Shown here in pieces: positions 1 to 11,996 of a stretch of DNA of 64,000 bases. The DNA comes from an uncultured Candidatus Peribacteria bacterium (GTDB taxonomy: Bacteria > Patescibacteriota > Gracilibacteria > Peribacterales > Peribacteraceae), in assembly GCA_964423795.1 (NCBI GenBank), contig CAYRGC010000005.1:316-64315 (forward strand), given 5' to 3'. Made by a program: the position numbers and the translations under genes. A model generated the notes under the pieces. The model had not been told where the DNA came from and ran no database searches. It saw only the letters and a list, made by a program, of their open reading frames with translations. Within the stretch, counting starts at the first letter, position 1, and each line of letters begins with the position of its first letter.

Positions 1-2728
<2,728 letters not shown>

Positions 2729-2990
2729 AACGGGAGAGAGTGGGAGGAGTGCGGTCGACGGAAATTCGTCGCCGCAGGAAAACCGATCCACGACTCTCGC
2801 AACACAGTCGAAACCGCCGTGGGAATGCGTGAATTCTACGGAAAGGGCTTCACGATGCAAAAAAGAAATCCGAGAAAATGCCAAGATCTGTTGACAGAAT
2901 GTCAGTTTTGTTTGATCGGGATGAGGAAGACATGCTCGGAACGTATTTCCATCCGAAGGACACAATACTTTTGGCAACTGTGAAAGGAAG

Positions 2991-3989
2991 ATGGAGGATG
3001 GTGGAGTCGATTTTGTCGCGGGAAAGGAGAGTATTGATAGACTTCCTCCCATGTCCGCCGAATTTGGTGAACACGATGCCGTCGAATTACTGAAATTCAT
3101 ACTCGACGTCGCACATGCGGCAGCGGACAAGGCCATCGAGAAGGCGAGGGAAGGATTTCACGTCGGAATCAATTTCCTGCTGCGAAAACAGTTTCATCCT
3201 CCTCCGCCCGTCGTGCTGCAAACGGCGCTGGATGAAACGCCCATGCATGCGGAAGCTCGGGAGCTTTTGCGCCGGAACGTCATCGCCGAAGACATGGCGA
3301 TCTTCAGTAAGCGCATCTCGGACGTCGTGCTGCTGGCCATCATCGGCATGTTCGTGACGCATCCCAAGGCGAGCACCGTGGGAACCGCTGCTGCCGCGCG
3401 CTTCGTGACGGAGAAGATCGCGCGCCGCAAGCGAGAAATGGCCGATGAGTTTTTCGAGGAAGACAAGGCACTCCTCGTAAAGAGCGACGACCATGCCGAC
3501 GCCGCCGCGGAAGAGTTTCACCGGCTTAAGGACGATCCCGCGCCGCTCTCACGCGTCGAGAGGATCAGCGTCGTGAAGATCGGGTCACGGAACCACTTGG
3601 AGAGGAAGCTGCGATCGCATCCCGATTTGCAGCAAGCGTTTCTGCGGCACGACGGGAAACTCATCCAAGAAAAAATCGCGGCCGCAGAGGCGAAGAAGAA
3701 CCACGTCGGCATTGAAATCGCCGAGATCGACGACGAGGGAATCATCCCCGACGATCTGCGTCTTCTCGACGATGAACCGCGGATCGAGCGACACGCGACT
3801 CCCCTACCGCGTCAGCGCAACTTCAACTGGCTCAAGACGATGCGGGCGCGCTGGAGCTATGCGCCGACGACTACGCCGACCGCGCCCTTCCCCATTTCAC
3901 GACACGAACAACGCGAAGAACAGAGGATTGCCGCGAGAAAACCCCTGGAGAAGCACGTGCTTTATCACTCGCTGAAGTTCCATTCATGA
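2991..3989 (+). CDS. hypothetical protein
   Basis: 332-aa ORF with balanced, non-shadow composition (..LKFILDVAHAAADKAIEKAREGF..). I recognise no family. An alternative start is the ATG at 3051 (MSAEFGEHD). Confidence 0.5.
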   Translation: MEDGGVDFVAGKESIDRLPPMSAEFGEHDAVELLKFILDVAHAAADKAIEKAREGFHVGINFLLRKQFHPPPPVVLQTALDETPMHAEARELLRRNVIAEDMAIFSKRISDVVLLAIIGMFVTHPKASTVGTAAAARFVTEKIARRKREMADEFFEEDKALLVKSDDHADAAAEEFHRLKDDPAPLSRVERISVVKIGSRNHLERKLRSHPDLQQAFLRHDGKLIQEKIAAAEAKKNHVGIEIAEIDDEGIIPDDLRLLDDEPRIERHATPLPRQRNFNWLKTMRARWSYAPTTTPTAPFPISRHEQREEQRIAARKPLEKHVLYHSLKFHS

Positions 3990-3990
3990 C

Positions 3991-4086
3991 TCAGGCGGAT
4001 ATCTGTTGAGTCACGCATGCCCCTCGCCAGGCTCGGGGTGACAGGGCTTGTCCGAATAGTTACTTCGGTATCTGTTGAGTCACGCA
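3991..4086. repeat. reiterated aguA 3' end plus family-A hairpin
   Basis: An 18-nt direct repeat tatctgttgagtcacgca occurs at 4000-4017 and 4069-4086. The second copy is the real aguA end (..CVTQQIPK*). The first reads VTQQISA* on the minus strand with its own stop at 3991-3993. Between them lies cccctcgccaggctcggggtgac (4020-4042), a family-A motif. Confidence 0.75.
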
Positions 4087-5154
4087 ATGAAAGGATCCGA
4101 AGCCCCACGTAAGAACGCGGCTGTTGATAGGGACAATCCTGCGAGTCGGGAAGCACTTTTGCAGGGTTTCGATCGCCTTAGCATCGTGTGGATCGTCCCA
4201 CACAGGGAGGAGAACGCACTCGTTGCCGATATAAAAGTTGGCGTAGCTCGCGGGAATGCGGAAACCGTCTGCGTGATTGGAAACAGCCTTCGTCGGCTCG
4301 TGCTCGGAAACGAGGACGGGTTTGGGCTGCGTGATCGTGAGGATCTCCAGAGGCTGACTATCTTGGTCCGTCATCGTTTTCAGCCGCGTCAAATTTTCCT
4401 GGAGCGGCGCGTAGTCGGGATCCTTCGGATCGTCGGAGACGATCGTGACGACGGTCTTCGGTCCGACGAAGCGCGTGAGATCATCAACGTGTCCGCTCGT
4501 GTCGTCGCCTTGAATCCCCTCTCCGAGCCACAGTACTTTTTTGATACCGAGATATTTTTTCAAATTCTCTTCGATGTCTTCCTTCGTAAGACCCGGATTA
4601 CGGTCGGGATTGAGGAGGCAATCTTCCGTCGTGAGCAGAGTACCGAGGCCGTTGACGTCGATAGAACCGCCTTCGAGGACCATCGGAACCTTCAGGGACT
4701 TTTGCCCTACGGTTAGGGCTAAACGAGAGGGGACTTCGTCATCATTGGGGACTTCCCACTGCCCTCCCCATCCATTGAAGACCCAATCGAGGAAGAGGCG
4801 TTCTCCTTTGGAATTTTTAACGACGATCGGGCCGTGATCGCGCGCCCAAGAAAATTCGTTGGGGATGCGATGGAGATGCACGCGGGTACCGTTGACGCCC
4901 ATGGCGCTCATCGCGCTCTTCGCCAATTCCTCCGTCGCATCGTCGTGGATGGCGATGTGCACGTCCTCGCCCACTTCGAGCTCCTTCACCATGCGTGCCC
5001 AGATGAACGGGATGTGATCGAAGAGCCCGGGCCAGTGGGGATGCTCCTTCTTATTCTTCGGAATATGCGGCCACGTAAGCAGTGTCCCCTCATGAGGCTC
5101 CCATTCCGCCGGCATGCGGTACCCCGGGGCGCCGGGGAATGGAGACGTCGTCAT
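4060..5154 (-). CDS. aguA: agmatine deiminase
   Basis: 364 aa. N-terminal YRMPAEWEPHEGTLLTWPH, internal GGSIDVNGLGTLLTTEDCLLNPDRNPG, and C-terminal GSFHCVTQQ (catalytic Cys context) are typical of the agmatine deiminase / PAD_porph family. The start lies 2 nt after the aguB stop. Confidence 0.9.
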   Translation of the reverse strand: MTTSPFPGAPGYRMPAEWEPHEGTLLTWPHIPKNKKEHPHWPGLFDHIPFIWARMVKELEVGEDVHIAIHDDATEELAKSAMSAMGVNGTRVHLHRIPNEFSWARDHGPIVVKNSKGERLFLDWVFNGWGGQWEVPNDDEVPSRLALTVGQKSLKVPMVLEGGSIDVNGLGTLLTTEDCLLNPDRNPGLTKEDIEENLKKYLGIKKVLWLGEGIQGDDTSGHVDDLTRFVGPKTVVTIVSDDPKDPDYAPLQENLTRLKTMTDQDSQPLEILTITQPKPVLVSEHEPTKAVSNHADGFRIPASYANFYIGNECVLLPVWDDPHDAKAIETLQKCFPTRRIVPINSRVLTWGFGSFHCVTQQIPK

Positions 5155-5156
5155 GG

Positions 5157-6059
5157 TCAGGCGTGTTTGGGCGGACGGATCGTCGACGGATTTTTGAGCG
5201 GCTTCGTGAGCGCTCCGTACGTCTCGGGACGGCGGTTCTCAAAGAATCTCCACGCTTTTTGCAGCGGGACGACACGGTCAAAATCGCACTGCGCGAGCAG
5301 GATTTCTTCGCCCTTGCCTGCCAATGCCACAACTTTGCTGGAAGGATCGGCGACGAAGGATCCGCCCCAGAAGGAGATGGCTTCCTCTTTGCCGCCGCGG
5401 TTGATGGCCGCAACGAAGACGTTGTTACTCGCAGCGTGACCGAGCATGGCGTTGCGCCACATCTGTTCCCAATCCCCCGTGATGTTCTCCTCCACCGCTT
5501 CGTCCACGACACCGATGGCCGTGGGGTACACGATCAGTTCCGCGCCAAGCATGGCCGCCTGGCGCGCTGCCTCGGGATACCACTGGTCATAGCAGATGAG
5601 CGGGCAGATTTTTCCGAAGGGCGTGTCGAAGACGCGAATGCCCGTGTCGCCCGGAGCGAAGTAGTGCTGCTCGTGATAGAGGATGTCCTCCGGGATGTGC
5701 GTCTTGCGGTAGGTGCCGACGAGTTTTCCGTCGGAACCGAACACGACCGCCGTGTTGTAGTACTGGCCATCGGACGCTTTTTCGTAGAGCGATCCTCCCA
5801 CGAGCACGATGCCGTGCTGCTCCGCCGCGGCGGCAAGCGCCTCGCTCACGGAGCCGGGGATCGGCTCCGCGGTCTTGAAGGCGGAGTCGTCGTTCTTTTT
5901 TTGGCAAAAATACGGACTCAGAAAGAGCTCGGGCAAACACACGATCTGCGCACCCTTGCCCGCAGCTTCCTCGATCTTGAGGAGCGCGTGCTTCAGGTTC
6001 TTCTTCGCGTCCGCGGTGGGATGCGTCTGGATGAGGCCGACGGTGACGATGCGAGTCAT
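5157..6059 (-). CDS. aguB: N-carbamoylputrescine amidase (nitrilase superfamily)
   Basis: 300 aa. Nitrilase-superfamily E-K-C triad contexts are present: IVCLPELF, YRKTHIP, ICPLICYDQWYPE. It forms a tight operon with aguA. Confidence 0.87.
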   Translation of the reverse strand: MTRIVTVGLIQTHPTADAKKNLKHALLKIEEAAGKGAQIVCLPELFLSPYFCQKKNDDSAFKTAEPIPGSVSEALAAAAEQHGIVLVGGSLYEKASDGQYYNTAVVFGSDGKLVGTYRKTHIPEDILYHEQHYFAPGDTGIRVFDTPFGKICPLICYDQWYPEAARQAAMLGAELIVYPTAIGVVDEAVEENITGDWEQMWRNAMLGHAASNNVFVAAINRGGKEEAISFWGGSFVADPSSKVVALAGKGEEILLAQCDFDRVVPLQKAWRFFENRRPETYGALTKPLKNPSTIRPPKHA

Positions 6060-6064
6060 GGGGG

Positions 6065-6096
6065 AATTACGGATTGCGAATGATGAATGACGAATT
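6065..6096. repeat. tandem heptamer array (family-B type, single arm)
   Basis: aattacg gattgcg aatgatg aatgacg aatt, a 7-nt period directly upstream of the aguB start. I saw no clear partner arm. Confidence 0.5.
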
Positions 6097-6198
6097 GTTT
6101 ACTCTGAGTGAGTCGAAGAGCCCAAAGAGAATAGGAGAAATTCTCTGGAATGTGGAGGAAGATTCTATAGTCTTTGCGACGTTCCCCATCGATCTCCC

Positions 6199-7293
6199 AT
6201 GAAGAAGTTCAACAAGCTCTCCACCAACCTGCGCAAGCACATCGTTCCCGAAGGCGCGATCCCAAAAACCGGAACGGTAACGACGCACGTGAAGGGCAGT
6301 AAGACGCCCGTATCGACCTTCGCGGAGCGCGCGCTTCGGCACTGCAACGGCGGCTCCACGCTGCAATCCGCGCTGTGGCTGAAAGATCACTTGGATAACG
6401 GCGGCAAGCTTGTGGTGACGCTTGCGGGAGCATTGAGCTCCTTCCAGATCGGTGTGACGCTCGCGGAGCTGATCCGACAGGGCAAAGTGCACCTGGTCTC
6501 CGCGACGGGCGCCAACCACGAGGAGTCGTACTACCGCTACGTCGCGCACTCGCACTACGCCTACATCCCGCGCTACACGGAGCTGACGCCCGAGCAGGAG
6601 GCCGAGCTGCGCGACGCGGGCCTGCGCCGCATCACCGACACCTTCCTCCCGGAGGACGAGAGCGTGCGCATCATGGAGCCACACCTCCTCAAGATGTGGA
6701 AGGAGGCGGAGAAGGCGGGGAAGAGGTACTTCCCGCACGAGTACTTCCGGCGGCTGTTTGAGAAGAATCTCATCAAACCCGACCCCGCCGCGAACCCGAA
6801 CGACTGCTGGACGCGTGCCGCCTGGGAGAAAAACATCCCCATCGTCATCCCCGGGTTCGAGGACTCCACCATGGGAAACGTCTTCGCCAGCTACACCTAC
6901 ACGGGCAAGTACCGGAACAAGGACGGCGCGAACGTCAGTCCGACGGTCATGAAGACCGGTCTCGAGTACATGACCATGCTCTACGACTGGTACATGGAGG
7001 AATCGAAGGACGCGCCGATCGCCTTCCTCCAGCTCGGCGGCGGCATCGCGGCGGATTTCCCGATCTGCGTCGTCCCGTCCCTCAAGCACGACTTGCAGCA
7101 GAAGAAGGTGCGCGACTGGGCGGGCTTCGTCGAGATCGGCTCCTCCCCGATGAGCTACGGTTCGTACTCGGGCGCGGGCGGCAAGGAGAAGATCACCTGG
7201 GACAAGCTCAGCACGAAGAGCTACTTCCAGATCATCCAGAGCGACGTCACTGTCGCATTTCCCTGGATTGCCGCTGTGCTGCTCGGACTGTGA
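6199..7293 (+). CDS. deoxyhypusine synthase-like protein (possible homospermidine-forming enzyme)
   Basis: 364 aa. It shows DHS-family hallmarks: LAGALSSFQIG, SATGANHEES, IPIVIPGFEDSTMGN, LQLGGGIAADFPI. Confidence 0.85.
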   Translation: MKKFNKLSTNLRKHIVPEGAIPKTGTVTTHVKGSKTPVSTFAERALRHCNGGSTLQSALWLKDHLDNGGKLVVTLAGALSSFQIGVTLAELIRQGKVHLVSATGANHEESYYRYVAHSHYAYIPRYTELTPEQEAELRDAGLRRITDTFLPEDESVRIMEPHLLKMWKEAEKAGKRYFPHEYFRRLFEKNLIKPDPAANPNDCWTRAAWEKNIPIVIPGFEDSTMGNVFASYTYTGKYRNKDGANVSPTVMKTGLEYMTMLYDWYMEESKDAPIAFLQLGGGIAADFPICVVPSLKHDLQQKKVRDWAGFVEIGSSPMSYGSYSGAGGKEKITWDKLSTKSYFQIIQSDVTVAFPWIAAVLLGL

Positions 7294-7347
7294 TGCCGAG
7301 GATCGTTCCTTGGCATCGTCGGTATCCTCGGACTCCTCGGAATCCTT
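7294..7347. repeat. family-B periodic-arm hairpin (9-nt unit ..atcctcgg)
   Basis: gccgaggat..cgtcggtatcctcggactcctcggaatcc. CCGAGGAT (7296-7303) pairs with ATCCTCGG (7323-7330). The same 9-mer family occurs at 35086-35153. Confidence 0.6.
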
Positions 7348-7396
7348 TTCCAAAAAAATCCTCCCGATTTCGGTAACGCCATTTCCGAAAATTCTT

Positions 7397-7424
7397 TTGA
7401 CATAGCGGCCACGGGATCTAGTAT
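7397..7424 (+). promoter_or_regulatory. sigma-70-like promoter candidate for the decarboxylase gene
   Basis: TTGACA (7397-7402), 16-nt spacer, TAGTAT (7419-7424), about 30 nt upstream of the TTG start at 7455. Confidence 0.4.
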
Positions 7425-7454
7425 TCGCAAGTTTTCCTTTCCTCCTCACCCGCG

Positions 7455-9041
7455 TTGACGACGAAGAAGACCACGAAGAATCAGGAGCCTCCCCCCGACG
7501 GGGAACATCGGTTCACCCAGGTCTCCGGCCTGCCGGTCTCGCCGCGCTACATGCGCAGCCGCTGGGCGAATTTCCTGAGCCAGACGAAGAGCGGGATGCT
7601 CCTCATCGAGGGCGTTCCCGTGGACCAGCTGGTGCAGAAGTTCGGCACGCCCTTCTACGTGTACGTGGAAAGCGAAATCCGCCGCCGCTGCCGCCGCTTC
7701 AAGAAGACCTTCGGGAAGGACATCGATCTCCAGTACGCCGTGAAGTGCAACAGCAACCTCGAGGTGCTGAGGATCGTCCGCGAGGAGGGGCTCGGTCTCG
7801 ACTGCAGCTCCGTCGCGGAGCTCATCCTGGGGCTCCTCGCCGACTTCAAGCCGAAGCAGATGAGCCTCACGAGCTTGTACAAAAGCGAGCAAGACCTTCT
7901 CTTCGCAGCCAAAATGGGCATCGACGCCATCACGGCCGACTCCATCGAAGAGATCGAGCACATCGCCGCGACCGCGAAGAAGCTCAAGAAGCACATCGAT
8001 ACCGTCATCCGCGTGAACCCGATGCTCCAGGTGGGCACCTACTCCACCAAGGGCAACAAGTACGGCATCCCCGTGAACCACATCGACCGCGCCGTGGACC
8101 TCGCGCGTAAAAGCCCGTACGTGGACTTCAAGGGCTTCCACTTCATGGGCGGCTACGTCTACAACGCGAAGGTGTTCAAGGTGGCAGCGCGCAACATCGT
8201 GAAGATCATCAAGCGATGCGTCGATCGCGGCGTGCCGATCACGCGCCTCTCCCTCGGCGGCGGCTTCCCGGCCGCCATCGGCGAACAGGAGGCGTTCCCG
8301 ATCGAGGACATGCGCGACTTCCCGCGCTACTTCCAGAAGCTCCTCGAGCGCAGCGGCGTTCCGCCGCTCAAGCTGATCTTCGAGCCGGGAAAGAGCATCG
8401 TCCTCAACGCCGGCATGGGCCTCATGAAGGTCGTCGCCCGCAAGCGCCTCGGCATGAACAGCCGCATGGTCATCGCCGACGGCTCCACGTACAACTTCAT
8501 CCCGGACGCTCTCGTGCAGACGGACGTGCACTACGACATCCTCCCTGCCTCCAAGCTCAACTCCCCGCGCATCCACTCGGTGACGGTGGCCGGCAACACC
8601 TGCGACTGCTGGGACCTCATCGTGAAGAACATCGAGATGCCCAAGCTCCGCGCCGGCGACCTGCTCGTGGCGATGGACGTGGGCGCCTACGCCCAGGTGC
8701 TCGCAAACAACTTCAACACCATCCGCCGCGCGCCGATCGTGCTCCTCCGCGAGGACGGCCGCGCCAAGATCATCCGCCGCCGCGACCGCTTCTCCGAGAT
8801 GTTCGCGCCGGAACTGGACGTGCTCAAGCTCGCCGGCCCCAACGAGCTCGAGGCCTACAACAACCTCTACCGCGTGAACATCGACAAGATCTGGAAGGGC
8901 GGCGGCATCGGCAAGCTCGAGCGCGAGAAGTCTCGCGCGGTGCAGGCGTTCGAGGCCGCCGAGCGCGTGCTGCGCAGCGGCGGCAATAAGAAGCTGAATG
9001 GGAACGGCAACGGGAACGGGAAGAACGGAAAAAAGGCGTGA
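7455..9041 (+). CDS. PLP-dependent decarboxylase, fold type III (Orn/DAP/Arg decarboxylase family); probably arginine decarboxylase from context
   Basis: 528 aa with a TTG start. Motifs: FGTPFYVYVESEI, PLP-lysine context YAVKCNSN, LSLGGGFP, EPGKSIVLNAG, GNTCDCWD, VGAYA. It has an unusual C-terminal extension ending NGNGNGNGKNGKKA. The start is uncertain; the first in-frame Met (..SPRYMRSRW..) lies about 30 codons in. Confidence 0.8.
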   Translation: MTTKKTTKNQEPPPDGEHRFTQVSGLPVSPRYMRSRWANFLSQTKSGMLLIEGVPVDQLVQKFGTPFYVYVESEIRRRCRRFKKTFGKDIDLQYAVKCNSNLEVLRIVREEGLGLDCSSVAELILGLLADFKPKQMSLTSLYKSEQDLLFAAKMGIDAITADSIEEIEHIAATAKKLKKHIDTVIRVNPMLQVGTYSTKGNKYGIPVNHIDRAVDLARKSPYVDFKGFHFMGGYVYNAKVFKVAARNIVKIIKRCVDRGVPITRLSLGGGFPAAIGEQEAFPIEDMRDFPRYFQKLLERSGVPPLKLIFEPGKSIVLNAGMGLMKVVARKRLGMNSRMVIADGSTYNFIPDALVQTDVHYDILPASKLNSPRIHSVTVAGNTCDCWDLIVKNIEMPKLRAGDLLVAMDVGAYAQVLANNFNTIRRAPIVLLREDGRAKIIRRRDRFSEMFAPELDVLKLAGPNELEAYNNLYRVNIDKIWKGGGIGKLEREKSRAVQAFEAAERVLRSGGNKKLNGNGNGNGKNGKKA

Positions 9042-9074
9042 ACGGGGGCGCGTGCCGGGCTATGCTCGCCCCTT

Positions 9075-9941
9075 ATGTCTCCCTACCGTCCTCCGCGCCT
9101 CTCGGAACAGATCCGCGCGCTCGCGAACGCGCGCCGGTTCCCCGGACCCGAAGCGTACGGCGCGGACCGGGCGATCATGGACCTCGTGGAGACGTACCAG
9201 GCGCTCTACGCCGAATCGGTCGGCGCTAAACGCTCGCGGACACTGGATCACGTCCCCCATCTGGACCAGCATCGGTACGTCGCCGACGCGTGCCTGCACG
9301 ATTCCGCCGCCACCGCGGCGCTGATCAAGGAACTCCTCTTTTTGCCCGTCGCCCCGAACGCCGACGGATCCTTCGGCGCGGCCGATCTGGGAACGGGGAC
9401 GGGCGTGCTCGCGCTCGGCGCGACGATCGCTGGCCTGCGCGCCGGAGCGGAGCGCGTCACCGTGTACGCCTCGGACATCCATCCCCACCTGCTCATGCGG
9501 GCCTCGCAGGCTCTTTCGCACGTGGGAAACCGCGTGCGGTTCGAGATGCTGCGAGGGGATATCCGCGATCCCGCTTTCCTGTCGCTGATCCCGGCATCCG
9601 ACGTCCGCCTCTGGGTGAGCGAGACCATCAACGGGGCGACGCCCCGCCTCGACATCACGGAAGATGACGTTGTTGCCGCGGAGCAGGGATACGTCTTCGC
9701 GCCGGATCCCTATCCGCAGGTGTTGCGCGCCCTCGCGCGCGCGGTGCCCGGCTTCGTCCAAAGCATCCGCGAGAAACGCTCGCATCTCTTCCCGGACGCG
9801 ATCAACGGCGACTATCTGCCCGACGCGCGCGGCGGAAAACTGCGCCTCGCCACGTCGATCAGCCACGCGGAGCACGGACCGCTCGGGACCATCGGCCGGG
9901 ACTTTCGGAAACTGGCGAAGGCGGGGAGATCGCGGTGGTAG
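9075..9941 (+). CDS. putative class I SAM-dependent methyltransferase
   Basis: 288 aa. A glycine-rich motif I (ADLGTGTGVLALGA) is followed by an acidic residue (VYASDI). Confidence 0.55.
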   Translation: MSPYRPPRLSEQIRALANARRFPGPEAYGADRAIMDLVETYQALYAESVGAKRSRTLDHVPHLDQHRYVADACLHDSAATAALIKELLFLPVAPNADGSFGAADLGTGTGVLALGATIAGLRAGAERVTVYASDIHPHLLMRASQALSHVGNRVRFEMLRGDIRDPAFLSLIPASDVRLWVSETINGATPRLDITEDDVVAAEQGYVFAPDPYPQVLRALARAVPGFVQSIREKRSHLFPDAINGDYLPDARGGKLRLATSISHAEHGPLGTIGRDFRKLAKAGRSRW

Positions 9942-10043
9942 AACGGATCATGTGCCCGCCGGCTGCTTGAATCTCTTTCTCTCCCCCATCGATCGCCCTT
10001 CGTCTCGTCGCGCCCAGCGCGACTCTCCCGGGGCAGGCCCGGA

Positions 10044-10652
10044 TTATTTCGTTGCGGCCAAGAATCTCTTCTCCACTTCGGGCCACGAAACAATCTGCCA
10101 AAACGCCTTGATGTAATCGGGGCGCTTGTTTTGGTACTTGAGGTAGTACGCGTGCTCCCACACGTCGAGACCGAGGATCGGGGTCTGACCGGCACTGATG
10201 GGGGAATCCTGGTTCGGAAGGTTCACGACTTTCAGTTTCCCGGAATCGACGACGAGCCACGCCCAACCGGACCCGAACTGATTCGTAGCCGCGGCATTGA
10301 AGCTTTCGACGAACCTGTCCCAGCCGCCGAGATCGCTGTCGATCGCTTTCATCAGATCACCCGACGGTTTTCCTCCCGCCTTCGGCCCGATGATCGTCCA
10401 GAAGAGACCGTGGTTGAAGTGCCCACCGCCGTGGTTCCGGACCGCCCCCTTCTTGTCTTCGGGAACCTTGGAGAGGTTCTTCAGGAGCTCCTCGACCGGC
10501 TTCCCTTCCCACTCCGTGCCCGCGATCGCGGTATTGAGCTTATCGACGTACGTCTGATGGTGCTTCGTGTGGTGGATCTCCATCGTCTTGGCGTCGATGT
10601 GGGGCTCGAGCGCATCGTACGGGTAGGGCAGGGGCGGGAGGGTGTGGGCCAT
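10044..10652 (-). CDS. sodA: superoxide dismutase, Fe/Mn family (Mn-type signature)
   Basis: [49 protein letters not shown]-type motif. The GGGHFNH and NQDSP contexts favour the Mn type. The ATG at 10652 is preferred over the track start at 10790, whose extra 46 aa are repeat-derived. Confidence 0.92.
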   Translation of the reverse strand: MAHTLPPLPYPYDALEPHIDAKTMEIHHTKHHQTYVDKLNTAIAGTEWEGKPVEELLKNLSKVPEDKKGAVRNHGGGHFNHGLFWTIIGPKAGGKPSGDLMKAIDSDLGGWDRFVESFNAAATNQFGSGWAWLVVDSGKLKVVNLPNQDSPISAGQTPILGLDVWEHAYYLKYQNKRPDYIKAFWQIVSWPEVEKRFLAATK

Positions 10653-11790
10653 GGCGAAAATGGGGAACTGGTTGCAGTGTACTCCCAAGACGAGCCTATC
10701 GCAGACTGATGACAGGTTTCGGGCATCGAGTGTCAGGATTCCGCTCTCGCAACCCGCAACCCGCAACCGTACACTGTCCCCCATAGCCATCCGCCTGCTG
10801 ACGTCGGCCGCCGACCTCGAGCGCTACGACGCGTGGGTCCAGTCGCACCCTGAGGGGACCCTCTGGCAGAGCCTCGAATGGAAGCGCTGCCAGGAAGCCC
10901 TGGGACGGACGGTACGCATCTACGTCGACGACGAGGCGGGAGACATCCGCGTCTCGGCGCTCGTCGTGATCGACCGGACGACGGGGGGACTTTCCACGTG
11001 GGAAGTGCCACGAGGGCCGCTCGCGGTTGCGGGTGACGAGTTGCGAGTTGCGGGATTGATTGCTGCGATCAAACGGGATGCAGTGAAAGACCGGTGTCTT
11101 TCTTTATATTTTTCACCTCTCGCACCTCTCGAGACCCGACACTCGCAACTCGCAACCTCGTCTCGACGCCACGTCCACCCCGAAGCCACGCGCATCATTG
11201 ATCTTCGCCCAACCGAGGAGGAGATCCTCGCCCAGATGAAGCAGAAAGGCCGGTACAACATTCGTCTGACAGAGAAGAACGGCGTCGCGGTGAAAAACTC
11301 GACCGATATCGATGTCTTCGCCCGTCTCATGGACGAGACGGCCGTCCGCGACGGCTTTCGGCCTTCCGGAGTCCGGAGTTACCGTGCTTTTTTGCAGAAC
11401 GCACCAGGTGCCTTTCTTTTGCTCGCCTACAGCCCCGAGCAAAACGGGAAGGACAATGACGCTCTCAAGCCCATCGCAGGCCTCCTGGGGGCAATCTGGA
11501 GCACGACGGGCATTTATTACTACGGTGCCTCGTCCTATGAGCAGCGTGAGCTCATGGCGCCCTACGCCCTGCAATGGGCCGCCATGCGGCACTGCAAAGC
11601 GGCGGGATGCCTCTCGTACGACCTCTTCGGCGTGGCGCCGGAGGGACAGATCGAGCATCCCTGGGCGGGCGTCAGCGAGTTCAAAGCCAAGTTCGGCGGC
11701 ACGTACGTGCAGTATCCACCGGAGCAGGAGATCGTCCTGCGGCCGGTGATGAAGGCCTTACTACAGATGAAGAGGCGAGTCTTGGGATAG
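10642..11790 (+). CDS. FemAB-family peptidoglycan interpeptide-bridge aminoacyltransferase
   Basis: [60 protein letters not shown]. The track start overlaps the sodA start. The true start is probably a non-ATG codon near 10770-10800, and no in-frame ATG exists there. Confidence 0.75.
   Translation: MWAMAKMGNWLQCTPKTSLSQTDDRFRASSVRIPLSQPATRNRTLSPIAIRLLTSAADLERYDAWVQSHPEGTLWQSLEWKRCQEALGRTVRIYVDDEAGDIRVSALVVIDRTTGGLSTWEVPRGPLAVAGDELRVAGLIAAIKRDAVKDRCLSLYFSPLAPLETRHSQLATSSRRHVHPEATRIIDLRPTEEEILAQMKQKGRYNIRLTEKNGVAVKNSTDIDVFARLMDETAVRDGFRPSGVRSYRAFLQNAPGAFLLLAYSPEQNGKDNDALKPIAGLLGAIWSTTGIYYYGASSYEQRELMAPYALQWAAMRHCKAAGCLSYDLFGVAPEGQIEHPWAGVSEFKAKFGGTYVQYPPEQEIVLRPVMKALLQMKRRVLG
10746..10768. repeat. 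heptamer array cgcaacc x3 (family-B arm)
   Basis: ctcgcaacccgcaacccgcaacc. Complementary arrays lie at 11038-11054, and a same-sense array at 11141-11160, inside the FemAB ORF. Confidence 0.6.
11038..11160. repeat. inverted heptamer arrays inside the FemAB coding sequence
   Basis: gagttgcgagttgcggg (11038-11054) and actcgcaactcgcaacctcg (11141-11160) share 13 nt of perfect complementarity. They encode DELRVAG and HSQLATS, flanking a native-looking segment. Confidence 0.6.
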
Positions 11791-11791
11791 G

Positions 11792-11831
11792 CCTCCATTC
11801 CCCTTGCCCCTTCCTCCGAGGGAGGAAGGGG
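11792..11831. repeat. family-C element (CCTCCAYCCC box plus CT/GA hairpin)
   Basis: cctccattcccc ttg ccccttcctcc gag ggaggaagggg, starting 1 nt after the FemAB stop (TAG 11788-11790). Confidence 0.75.
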
Positions 11832-11859
11832 AGGACGTCGCGCGCATATTCAACAGATT

Positions 11860-11895
11860 CCCCTCCTCCCGTGGAGGAGGGGTTAGGGGTGGAGG
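11860..11895. repeat. family-C element, opposite orientation
   Basis: cccctcctcc cgt ggaggagggg ttaggggtggagg. Its reverse complement matches 48738-48774 except for the 3-nt loop. Confidence 0.75.
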
Positions 11896-11903
11896 CCATA
11901 CGC

Positions 11904-11931
11904 AAAAGACCCCTCTCTTGCGAGAGGGGTC
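11904..11931 (-). terminator. rho-independent terminator of the SLH surface-protein gene
   Basis: On the minus strand: GACCCCTCTC gcaa GAGAGGGGTC followed by TTTT. 10-bp GC-rich stem. Confidence 0.7.
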
Positions 11932-11996
11932 CTTGCTGCCTTCATGGTGATCTGAATGGAACCATTGCGGCTGGACTACGAGTTCAAGTCTTGAGC

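Noticed and set aside
6067-8576. Two long minus-strand ORFs (6067..7449 and 7446..8576)
   Set aside because: They lie antisense to the DHS-like and decarboxylase genes, both of which carry clear family motifs. Their composition is shadow-like.
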